This document shows, one piece after another, positions 40,001 through 49,628 of a stretch of 64,000 bases of DNA. The stretch covers positions 88,130 through 152,129 of the forward strand of contig NMRA01000761.1 of the NCBI GenBank assembly GCA_002633005.1, written 5' to 3'. A program made the position numbers and the translations under genes. Under the pieces are notes generated by a model. It saw only the letters and a list, made by a program, of their open reading frames with translations, was not told where the DNA came from and did not search any database. Positions within the stretch are counted from its first letter, which is position 1; each line of letters starts with the position of its first letter. The DNA is from Phoronis australis (taxonomy: Eukaryota; Animalia; Phoronida).

Positions 40001-41693
40001 GTTCGCACTATGAATGTGTGCCTATGATGGCTTGTTGATTATATACTTGCTGAGTGCCACAGTACATTGGTGATATGCTTTATGCTTGTACTTTGGACGA
40101 TTAACAGGTAAAGCAAGGCTTTGAGGGACTGCAGATCACAAGTAAAATACGATCTGTGATGGGTGTTCAGTCCTTGTCTTTTTAATGTGAATTTCAGTTT
40201 TATTTGGAATCACTGGTTATCATGGAAACTTCATTGCAGGACCATGTTTTTTCGTCTCAAAACCGTGAGACGAAAATAGGTGTGTAATGAAAAGATATGT
40301 TAAGACGAATGAGCTTGGGTATCACAGGGAGGAAATTACCATAATGTGGCCTTCAATCATTGTTAAGTGTTTAGAAACACCGTCAACGTCTCAATGGAAC
40401 CTGAACACATTGTATTTAAAAGGATACTGAATTCCATTTTGATGATTTCAGCCAATCCTCTCTCATTCCCCTTCTGAAGTGTCATTGGCGCCAATCCTGA
40501 AAGATAAAATCAGGAATCCACTAAAAAGTCGTACTCCCTATGTCACAAATTGGGTATTGTGATTCTTGGTGGGTGGTCTTTCTCCACAGTAGCCTTTTAA
40601 CTTGCTAAAAGTGTAAATCACGCTTGTCATTTAGCAGACTTTGAAAGGAGTTTTTCAAATTTTCCTCCAAACCTTTGGGGATTGTCGAGGGTTTTAGAGC
40701 AATAAAATTTGTTTCGTGGAATTTTATGGGAATGTCGTTTTTAATATCTGTTGATAGGCCAAAACTAGGCTTGGTATCTGTTTAAGTATTTCATGCATTT
40801 TCGGTACTATTTCTCAGCCACAACAAAAGCGAAAGACGAAATCATGGACATGGTTGCCGGCATACAGAGCTCGCGAATCAATGACCAGCGGGCGGCAGCG
40901 CCAACCCAGTTCCCGGGACTGAATAGCCAGGACGTGATTGGACAGCTTTTGGCCAATAGCAACAATTCAAACTCCAATGTGCCAGATGATAATTTTTTTG
41001 AGATGCTCATGAGATGTCAGGTAGGTGGTTTTATTCCCTGAAGTATCATCAGTTCTTACCTTTCTGTGCACAATATTGCTGAAAAGTGGATTCGATTTTG
41101 TTAAGACTGGATTTTGCCTTATTTAGGTGGCTAGAAGCGGAAGTCAAATTGGGCCTTTTTGGTCTTATCCCTTTACCAAGTTTCACTGGCAATGCCATGT
41201 GTGTCATTTTGAAACCTGTAGCATTTTCTTGAGTGACTGGTGGTTTCGATTTTTTGTTCATAACGGAACTGAAATCCTGTTGTGGTGAGGAATGTTTTGA
41301 GACCCAAGTGTATGAGAATAAAAGGCTTAATTTGATTTTCGTCTTCAGCATTTCAGATCCAAACTATTATTCATCAGTGAACTCGAAAACTAAATAAAAT
41401 AGGAGGGCTTCTACACTCAAGGTTTGAGCACTACCCATCCTACATTGTAAAGTGAAGAATTTTCACTGTAGTATTATTTGTCATTTTTTCAGTCGTCACG
41501 AATTGATGAGCAGCGGAGTACAATTCAACCACAGAACCACGTGCGGTCTGCGCCGACCGTGCCGGACGAGGACTTTTTCACGTTGATACAGAAAGTTCAG
41601 TCAAGCCGCTTGGAGGAACAGCGGACAACACTGCCCTCTGGAGAGAAAACTGCAAATACTGATGCGGGGACTAAGCCTGCGAAGAAGAAATAG
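6941..41693 (+). CDS. GPSM2: G-protein signaling modulator (GPSM1/2; LGN/AGS3/Pins orthologue), 5'-partial, 9 coding exons: 6941-7056, 8205-8469, 16460-16566, 27695-27750, 28371-28429, 36850-36948, 39064-39223, 40818-41020, 41493-41693
   Basis: Manual splicing at canonical AG/GT sites gives 1266 nt in one frame (421 aa + TAG) with all intron phases matching. Contains LGN-type TPRs (AYSNLGNAHIFLGEF, ACYSLGNTYTLLRDY, ACWSLGNAHTALGNH), linker RRKSMENLELMKMTPDK and four GoLoco motifs ending DDQR, NDQR, DEQR, EEQR. The GPSM1/GPSM2 distinction may not apply to an invertebrate single orthologue. Confidence 0.95.
8205..8469 (+). CDS. GPSM2: GPSM exon (TPRs): QTLQIAKQLGDLALEAQACYSLGNTY...HFAKRHYDISRE
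   Basis: Acceptor gtattgcag|, donor GAG|gtgagt; phase 2 to 0; overlaps ORF 8311..8526. Confidence 0.97.
11141..11220 (+). repeat. 40-bp tandem duplication
   Basis: CACAGTATT(C/T)CTAATATTTTCTCTTATCTAAATTTCA(C/T)TA twice. Confidence 0.9.
16460..16566 (+). CDS. GPSM2: GPSM exon: IGDETGAGTAQMNLADLRTVLGINSSTNVSIDDTD
   Basis: Acceptor tttttcttcag|, donor AG|gtgagt; matches the post-TPR helix of LGN (VGDKSGELTARLNLSDL type); phase 0 to 2. Confidence 0.93.
16656..16790 (+). mobile_element. tRNA-derived SINE copy (degenerate)
   Basis: GAGTTTGAACCTTGGTCAGGGC followed by CATGTGATGTGGCTAAC, the same layout as the copy at 16914. Confidence 0.5.
16914..17035 (+). mobile_element. tRNA-derived SINE copy
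   Basis: Acceptor-stem-like GTCCCGA(16914)...TTGGGGC(16978), B-box-like AAGTTCGAAC, then a body TCTTTCA.ACTTA...TCACGTGATGTG.CCAAC shared with other copies. Confidence 0.6.
17168..17713. mobile_element. hAT-like non-autonomous element
   Basis: TIR CAGGCCTTTATCCA / TGCATAAAGGCCTG (13/14); 8-bp TSD GTAGTGGT / GTAGTAGT; internal GGGCGTCC repeats; contains the N join at 17320. Confidence 0.8.
26096..26531. mobile_element. Foldback MITE, about 190-205 bp inverted arms with about 36-bp loop
   Basis: 26096-26303 is the imperfect reverse complement of 26340-26531; internal CACGGACTCA/AAACACGG subrepeats; TTATA directly on both sides (26091-26095, 26532-26536). Confidence 0.88.
27695..27750 (+). CDS. 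GPSM2: GPSM linker small exon (56 nt): (S)QSADHYSSSQTSDTESER(G)
   Basis: Acceptor ttttgtgtttttag|, donor CGGG|gtaagc; supplies the phase 2 to 1 bridge required between the flanking exons; open frame. No homology support. Confidence 0.78.
28371..28429 (+). CDS. GPSM2: GPSM linker exon: (G)RLRRKSMENLELMKMTPDK
   Basis: Acceptor tgccgtgcag|, donor AAG|gtaggc; matches LGN RRHSMENMELMKLTPEK; phase 1 to 0. Confidence 0.95.
28418..29155 (+). repeat. Minisatellite, about 16 copies of a 43-46 bp unit ACTCCTCCTGATAAAGTAGGCAGTTCCTCCAGTGATAACATAGACC, starting at the exon/intron junction
   Basis: Units read directly; decayed fragments continue to about 29520. Explains the repetitive minus-strand ORFs between 28454 and 29208. 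Confidence 0.95.
33450..33620. mobile_element. Two inverted fragments of the same SINE family forming an about 40-bp inverted repeat
   Basis: Minus copy 33545-33450 reads GGTCCAAGTCCCGGTCGGGGGCAGAAATCTTTTCAGACTTA...TCACGTGTTGTGGCCAACAGGTGGCGTG; plus fragment 33575-33620 reads CATGTGATGTGGCCAACAGGTGGCGTGCAGACCAGACTAAA. Confidence 0.6.
36850..36948 (+). CDS. GPSM2: GPSM linker exon (99 nt, phase 0-0): VAQQSRRPARLQKSVTVAVDENIGARLPHAQNK
   Basis: TACTAAC branch point at 36823-36829, acceptor ggcag|, donor AAG|gtaggt, GC-richer than flanks, open frame. No homology support and not required for phase. Confidence 0.72.
37041..37431 (+). mobile_element. Left end of a THAP-encoding DNA transposon (Kolobok-like), cut by an assembly gap
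   Basis: TTAA|AGGCGAAGGCAAC start; ATG at 37306 encodes MPHCCCVPGCSNYRLTRALGVPLHRFPMDDALRRTWLIRVKN (THAP CxVPGC...FP...W signature) up to the N at 37432. The matching right end was not found. Confidence 0.7.
39064..39223 (+). CDS. GPSM2: GPSM exon with GoLoco 1 (ENFFDLLTKFQGRRLDDQR)
   Basis: Acceptor ttttgttgcctag|, donor A|gtgagt; phase 0 to 1; canonical GoLoco. Confidence 0.95.
40818..41020 (+). CDS. GPSM2: GPSM exon with GoLoco 2 (DEIMDMVAGIQSSRINDQR) and first half of GoLoco 3 (DDNFFEMLMRCQ)
   Basis: Acceptor tatttctcag|, donor CAG|gtaggt; phase 1 to 0; within ORF 40793..41041. Confidence 0.95.
41493..41693 (+). CDS. GPSM2: GPSM terminal coding exon: end of GoLoco 3 (SSRIDEQR), GoLoco 4 (DEDFFTLIQKVQSSRLEEQR), stop TAG
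   Basis: Acceptor cattttttcag|; within ORF 41478..41693; APTVPDEDFF is typical of LGN/AGS3. Confidence 0.96.
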   Translation, partial: SSRIDEQRSTIQPQNHVRSAPTVPDEDFFTLIQKVQSSRLEEQRTTLPSGEKTANTDAGTKPAKKK

Positions 41694-44600
41694 TGCCGTG
41701 GTAGCGTTGTTTGGCGTGTGTGTATATATTGGCTACAGAGTTTGTCTTTCTTCCAGTGGCCAAAATATGTGAAGATAATATGAGGAGTCAAAGGGTGGTT
41801 TGTCCAGAGACCACCGACTGTATTGGATGACATATGACATCATAAATCGAACTCTAAGGGGAAAGAGGAATTTGTTCTGACGGAGACGTGCTCAAGTGCT
41901 GTAAACAGTGTTTTAGCAGTGGGTGTTATTTTAGTAGTGAAGCTCAAACAGAGGCGTTATGTTACAAACCAAGTTTGAAAGGAGGTTGACAAGTATGAAC
42001 AAGGTTTTAAGAGAAGGGATCTTTGGGCCGTAACTGTGTAAATATTACTGGTTCAAGTACTGTGTTTCGTGCTTATTTTTGATGGCATGCTATTCTCAGA
42101 ATTTATCACAGTGCAGCAGAGTATGAAGGCTTGCGCTGTGAAGCTGCTTGCGGATTTAGAGTAACGCAATACATTAATGAAATGTGCGTACTGAGGTCTG
42201 GATTTGTGTGAAGCAGGCGAGAGGTTAGCACATTTATTTAGCCTGATCTCTTCTGATGGAAAGTTAAAGTTGCATCTCATCTTGCTGAGCTGGCTAAAAA
42301 TCGAAAATCAAATTTTTATTTTTATTCTCTTAAAGTTGATTTCATAGTTTTCCTTCACAGTGATATAATTTGTTTTCCTTTACCAACATGAAAGTTGAAA
42401 ACATCAGTGACTAAAGGAAAATGTTTCTGGGCTTTTTTGTGTTGGCCTAAGCTAACATAGCATATTTGAAAATGGCACACATGTGCGCATTGGATGTGAC
42501 TTGACTTGCCCGTTCACTGGGCAGCAATGTTTTTGAACTTCGAATGGGTTTGGTTAAGACATCTACATCGACAGGTAACCAGCAGTGAAATGGTCCTTTA
42601 AGTGTTAGGACCACAAAGAATGTTGAATAAGTGAAATATCACCAATTTTGGAAGGAATTTACAGCTTATATGAATGATAGATAGGGCCAAATAATGCTTT
42701 GCCAGTTTCGAGGTCTTGATCTACCGTCAGACAATATTTCGATAAATTATGGCCATTCATTACAGGGTTAGAAGCCTTAAAGATGGAAAAAGTCGATCTA
42801 ACCATCGTTTGTGTCCAAAATTGATGAGATTTTACCTGATACACTGATGTGTGATGTGGAGTCTGTTGAAATATTTATGAGTTTACAACTACGCGTGGTC
42901 AGAGCTGATGGTCTGTAAGAAATCTGCGGACGGGTAAACATGCATACCATAGTCATTTGGACTAGAAGTTGGGCAGGGTTAAATTGAGAAACTCGAAGAA
43001 AGTCTGGGTGTTAAGGCGCACGCGACAGAACATGAGCTCTCAAAACTGAAATATTGCTATAGAATGTGGGCAGGGTGTTCGCAGAAATTTTAAGAAAGAT
43101 TCACAGTTTTCATCGAAATTTGTCTGCCTTTGTCGAAGTGGCAAAAACCAAAAAAGGGAAGCCAGAAGAAAATTTACAACAGCCAATCACTTAATTAACA
43201 AGTCACTTAACTTAAATATCTCTTAATTAAGAAATGTAAATTTTTTATTCAAAATTTTGCTAATTTTCCATGAGAAGAGATTGCGTCAATTGTTTGTGAA
43301 AATTGCTGTTAGTAGAACACGGGGGTTTATCAAGATAAATACTGTGGTTGTTGCCGTGGCGACAGTGATGTCACAGTAATACTTAGTCTTGGTAGTGTCT
43401 CATTTAGATGTTGTTCAGGTATAATGTGTTGTACAAAGACAGCGATAATTGGAGTGTGAAATCGGAGAAAGGCATTGTTGTTGAAGTTGACCTATATGCA
43501 CTGATGATTTTATCGTCCGTGGGTACTTAACTCTGTTGCAACAATGCTGTGAGGTGACTCATTTCAAAGTTGTCAAATTTTGTGTTCAGTTGTTAACAAT
43601 TTGAATAGTTTTTATCGCCACAAACTTTTCACATTGGAAACTGTCCCAGTGTATCGTTGTCTGTTAACAGAGGGCGCCCACGCTTTGATTGCAATGTGTC
43701 ACTTTGCAGTATTCAAATTAGCATTCAACTTGCAATAATGTAAAGTTCACAGCACGTGTGCGCCCATGTGCCATGTGGCGCACAAAGTTTTCTTCCAGAT
43801 GCAGGAAAAGACATGCTTTTGGACTGATTAACTTGTTTTTGTTAGTAAGTTCTAAAACTGTCATATTGTGACATGATACATAACTTTGCTTACTGTACAT
43901 GCCAGTGTGAAAATTACTGGGAGGTGTTGGATTGTCCTGTCCTTTGGGGACCGTGTGTGCATGATTGTGTCAATCAAATTTGTTCTCCGACACTACTGTT
44001 TGATTCTTGTCCAAGATTGGTTCCCATAGAATGGAGGATGTAATGAAAGTATAAGTCTATTACACGCACTCAATTCTCTTGTAAATACATGGCGAATGTG
44101 CTCATTTTCATACTTTGAATGCCTTGTTTGTGTGCTTGGCAGCCCTCGTAAAAATAGGCTTAATAGAGAATTTACGATATGTGTTCAGTTTAGGTGGCAT
44201 TATGGCTGAAAAGTGAGAGATGCAAAGATTCGCCTTGTGCACATCAACTTTCATGCTGCCAATAGTCGACCTCCACTTAAGAGGAATGCACAAAAATTGA
44301 CAATCCCTGTGCCGTTGTCTTTATGATTGCTTTCCAGTGAAACAAATTCTTAATTGTAACATTTCATGTAGCTGTCACCTAATACTGAGCTTTGTCTAAC
44401 TTGCGTCATTCGTCGCTTATTATTTCTAATCAGCTAAGAATTGGCATCCTGATGTTGCAATAATGACGTTGAGTCGCTTGTTTTTTTCCTGTCTGCGATT
44501 ATTCACCACATACGTAGACCAAGACTTGGGTATATGATATACTGTTTTTTTCTGCCGGCATAGCTTGTCTCACCTCCAATATATGACATAAGTTATCAGA

Positions 44601-46654
44601 CAAAATGATGTTTGCCCTTGATAATGGCTCACTCTGTTAACAGAAAAATGCGGTAATGGTATTATCTGCAGTATTGTGGCAACAAAATTGAGTAACAGAA
44701 AGGCTTAGCCACCTCAGACACTAACTTTCCTGTTGATTCCCCTTCATTCTTGGTCATCAGGGGAGACTACTCTGATTATGAATTTGGCTTTTAATCAGCC
44801 GTTGTAATTGGGCATTCCGAGTCACTGTATTTGAACACTTTCAGCATGTACTGTACGTTATTATATGTTAAATGACAGTGCTCGTTTTCGTACATATTTA
44901 GACAATTGAGGCCATGTGTATGTGGGACTGACAAAGTGGGAAATTAAGACGATGATGCAATAATTATGTGAAATAAAAATTAGTGGTCACTGGCATCAGT
45001 ACATACACTAACAGTCACGGTGAATTCTCCGATGAAGAATAAACAGCCAATAAACGCCATTCTTTTGCTGTGTAGTTGTGCAAAATTAAGAAGCCAAACT
45101 GTCCATACTGTATAAAATAATATTAATTTTTTTTAACCAAAAGACGAAAAATGTTTTTGAAACGGCGAGTATGCAACCTTAAAGGTATACCTGCTTTACA
45201 TTCCGCAACTGGGATTTGTAGGAATAGCTTACATCCCTTACAGGGAATAATAGAGACAAGTTAAATTTCTTTTTCGTGGCTTGAGAGCAACAAGTCTTGC
45301 GAGCACCATGACGTCAACGTTGACTTGATAGCTTTTAGATAATCTTGTGTAACTGTTATTTTGTAATGGCCCCATGCTGGCGAGTGGCTTTTACAGATAG
45401 CAAAAAAGTATCACTAAGTGAATTTGCTGTCGTATGGGTTTTTGAAATCCTCTGATTATCTCAAAGTTAATGGCTAGTGGCGTGGAAAGACAGCACCGTT
45501 ACTTAGAAAAACACATGGCTCGTTTCCCTTGTGGTCACATGCCTAGTGATTGTCTCTCAGTTTTTTGGAGTTTTTCTGTTGATCTCCGGGTATGGCCAAT
45601 TCTACAAAATGTGTGTGAACTGCACTATACTTTTTTGGCTCGATGCATCTGAATCAGTCGCAGGATTTAATCTTCGAGGATATTGTTCACAAATTTCAGC
45701 GATTAGATTTCAGCGCAGATTTTTGTGCTCGCTGCTTCAAAATGTAATGGCTTAAACTAATGTTGTTTCATTCACTAGTGTTTTAAGGTCACTGTGACTT
45801 CAGCAAGTGCTTAATATGCTAGTCTTCAGACAACAAAGCGCCACCTGTGGTTAAACCTGTTGGCATGCTGTTGTTGGTATAGAATTGGGTCAGGTAGTTC
45901 TGTCTAGAGTTTGTGAAGATATTCTGGGGGAGGTGCTTACTTTACTGATCTGCCACTCAATATTTTTGCTTCTTATTGGCTTATGGAATTATATTTATTA
46001 ATTTTTTGTCGACTATAGTAATATTGTAACTGTTTATTTTTACACTTTTATTTTAGTTGAAGACTCGTTGTTCTCAAGAAATCTATGTACAATTCCGGTC
46101 AATATTAAGTGGATGTGTTGAAATCATCTATTTTTACGAGATGTTTTTCGATCAAGATTGGTATCCATGTCGCATTATTCTAGTTTGAACAAATTTGTCA
46201 TTTTACAAGAATTGAATGTTTTTATTTATTTTACTGTTCAGTTGTAAAGCAAAATGTAAAATTTTCTTGACTAAAATTCAAGTGATGCAGATGATTGAAT
46301 CGTGTACCCATAAAGTAAAACAACAGTACAGTTTCAGCCGACTTGCTCTTGTGGCAACTGTCCCTTCTTGTCGAGTTACTTACCGCAGTAATGTTATGGT
46401 CAGCAAATTTGTGATGTTTGAAATAAATGCTAGCATGGAAGTACCCACGTCTGAGTGTTAAACTATTCAAGGGGAAAGCTGGGATAATCTGAAGATTAGT
46501 GGCAGACTAACTACGCTGGTTGGCTTCATTCTGATAGAACTGTCGCCATACCACATATCTGCTTTCCGTGGAAAAAGCCATACTACATATCCGTTTTCTG
46601 TGGATAATGCTCTGCGCTGTCAAAATAATTTGTAAAATCACAGTTGTTTTCAGA

Positions 46655-46660
46655 AATAAA
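46655..46660 (+). terminator. Candidate poly(A) signal of GPSM (implies about 5 kb 3' UTR)
   Basis: AATAAA followed 20-60 nt later by a GT/T-rich tract (tgtattttctgtgtgctctattttttgtggttgg); the G/T-rich skew of the + strand fades shortly after. Other AATAAA hexamers lie near 45 kb, so this site is not unique. Confidence 0.45.
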
Positions 46661-47255
46661 AATTAAATCTGAAAAATGTATTTTCTGTGTGCTCTATTTT
46701 TTGTGGTTGGTTTTCTGCAAGTTGAATGAGACTTGCCGCTTTCTCGTTAATCTCGGTAGATCTTAACCATTTATCGACATAACTAGTAACCAAATTTGAC
46801 CTTTTTGCTCGTAATTTTAGTAAATATTCGCCATTTATAAATATAACTAGTTACCAAAAGCCGACCCTTTTGCATTTTTGAAGGACTTTGGATATAATTA
46901 ATGTCTGTATGCCTAAGAATTTGTTTGATATGGGAACGGATGCACAAGCACCATACGGTGCTAATTAAGGTCATGCAGGTAGTTGGTAAAACTCAAGTGA
47001 AGGTTGTGAATCATCCCGTGGGTACAATCTGTGAACTCTGCAGTTTTGCCACCGATGGGTGTTGTCTGGGGCTACGGGGGGGGGGGGGGGGGGGGGAGNN
47101 NNGAGGCAAAATGTGACCATAGACCCACCTTCCCCGGTCAGACCTCTTACATTAGTTGTCCCAACAGAAACTTGGATTTATAGTATGTGCTCCGTAATAA
47201 CACCTTAATTATACGTTGGTGTTATCCAAAAATTGACGAAGTATATTTTGATTAA

Positions 47256-47666
47256 GGTTACCGTAGGATCTTGCTGACGAGTTTGTATTTGGCCAAATAT
47301 CTACAAAATTAAAGATTTCACCTCCGTCAAAGAAAATATTTTCTAAAAGGAGGATGTCCGAATTTTGACTTTTCACCAGTCTGCTATGGATGATCATGTT
47401 TTAGATAACAATTCATCTGTGACATAAATGAGTGTTGGTACAGTTAACTAAAATATTTTGTTTTTGTTTTATGCAACTTTAGTGACGTAAAAATTGTAAA
47501 AGTCCTATTTTTGATATCCCCTCATGCAAAAGTGGACTCGTAAAAACTATTACTGCATCAAGCATAGAATCTGAAACAATTTCATATGAATCGGACCAGC
47601 CACATCTGAGATACGAAAATTAAAAGTTATCCAAGTTAGGACATGTTTCAAGGGTCCCACAAAACC
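47256..47666. mobile_element. Degenerate TTAA-flanked MITE (Kolobok-like) between the two convergent 3' ends
   Basis: TTAA|GGTTACCGTAGGATCTTG versus reverse complement TTAA|GGTTTTGTGGGACCCTTG; the TIR match is imperfect. Confidence 0.4.
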
Positions 47667-47742
47667 TTAAAATTCTTTCACCTCAATCAATGTGGTAATT
47701 ATTTTCAGCAAGAATGACTACTCATTTCCTACAAATAAAATA

Positions 47743-47748
47743 TTTATT
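47743..47748 (-). terminator. Candidate poly(A) signal of the glutaredoxin-like gene (about 1.9 kb 3' UTR)
   Basis: tttatt on + is AATAAA on -; it sits at the left edge of the A/C-rich block typical of a minus-strand 3' UTR. Confidence 0.45.
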
Positions 47749-49628
47749 AAACATCAGCGTTTTAAAGCATGTCTGTAGAGCTTCGGACCCATAGCCTAAG
47801 CTATACAGAACTAGGAGTGCAAAATATTGCCTTTGGGTCTTTGACAATCAGGGAGGCCACATAGTCAAAACTACACGCTGCCATGATTCACTTGGGCTAC
47901 TTGAATTATGAAGTAGTGAAATAGTGAACTGTAAAACAGCCTGTTTACAAAATGTCTGTGGGTGTTGGCAGTGAAAGCATTTAGGGCCACATTCTACCCA
48001 GAGTGAGTGTTCCATTATAACCTTACACTGTATTAAATCATTCTGGGTTCTTGACCATCAATGCAAAATGAAGAACATCTCAAATTCCGAGTTCTAAATC
48101 AAAAATTTAAAGACAGCTTTTCCTTTAGATTTACCGCTACTGAACAAAACCCACCAATCAAACGCTATTACTAAAATAGAACAGTAGTGCAGGAACCGCA
48201 TTTTGCATTCGTTTTTACAAGTTTTTAATTCACAGAAAGTGAAGTTTTAACAATGAAATTTTGTCAGTTGCACCACCGAAAATTCTAAACTTAAATATTA
48301 AAATTCTTTATCGAAAACTGTTTATTTTGTAAAAAAACAACTCTGATACTTTGAGAGAGCAATTCCATTTGGAATTGGAGTATGAACGATTTGTTCTGTG
48401 TGAAGTTTTTGTTTTCATCAATGACAAAAGCTAAAACAATATCATTCTTTAAATCAAATCAATGACACTGCGATACACTTCCATCACCAATATGAACTTC
48501 TTACAACTAAAACAGTTCAGAGTTTAACCAACTTTACACAGACACAAATTGCTAACTCTCATTTTTTCCAGAATCCCGATTTGGTTGTCGTTAACAAAGA
48601 GCTATCAATAAAAAACATTTTCAAAAGATTAAACCAATAGGCAGATTTTAACACCCCCTATTAGCAGAAACTGTCTTTACATACAGAAACTGCACATTAA
48701 CAATATTAAACTAAATCTTATAAAATGTTCCCCAGTAGTCAAATAATGAAATGTACTTTATACAATCAAAACAATTAAATAGTTAACATAATGAAATTTA
48801 CAATAACTTAGCTTCATGTTATGGCCTGTGTTGAGTGAAGCTCGTATTCTACTGAAGGGACTCCTAATATGCTTATGGATATCATCTTAGCATGTAAATC
48901 AATTTATAATGTTTGAAAAATTCAATCAGCAAAAGTAACATCCCAAAATAAGCTTCTTCGAACTGTGGAGATAAAAATAGACACTTAGCAATGGTGATAA
49001 GGCACTGAATAGTTGCTCTGGGGGGCCTGAGTCCCACCGACAGACTTCTCTTTATGATTTCGAAAATGAGACGAAAAATTGAGTGGGCGCCAGCATAGCC
49101 TTGTATGTGAGTAGAACCCTGTGGGTAGGGTAGAATTTGACACATTTTTTAGTCAAGGTTTAATGCAAAATCATCCTGATATAATTCACCAAAATCTTTA
49201 GACAGCCTCAAATATTCTGAGAAGGAATTTGGTGTAAAAAGACGATATCTTCAATACGAAAAACCGAATTTTAATTCAGAGCTCTTCAGTACAAAAGACA
49301 GCAAGCTGAAGCCATTTCATGACGGTTTGTAGTCTAAATCAAAAATTACTTTTTCACAAAAGGCGGCTTATCTTTTACTCAAGCGCAGGTCCTTAAATCA
49401 ACAGCCGGTGAACTGCTCATTATGTTGCTTCAAATTAAATATTGACTTGAATCTTTCAAATATTGCAGGAAATAGTCTCCTTATCTCAAGTTGTACAAGT
49501 GTTCTCAAACCTCCAGCCTGGAACTTGCATCTGAACAGAACAATGATCAGAAAAAAAATTATGCAAGTGATGATGTTCATGAGCATACGGCAACCCTCAA
49601 CACAGGCCACAGCGCCCCCTATAGTACC

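Noticed and set aside
47077-47102. G-run as a G-quadruplex element
   Set aside because: The homopolymer adjoins an NNNN gap, so its length is unreliable.
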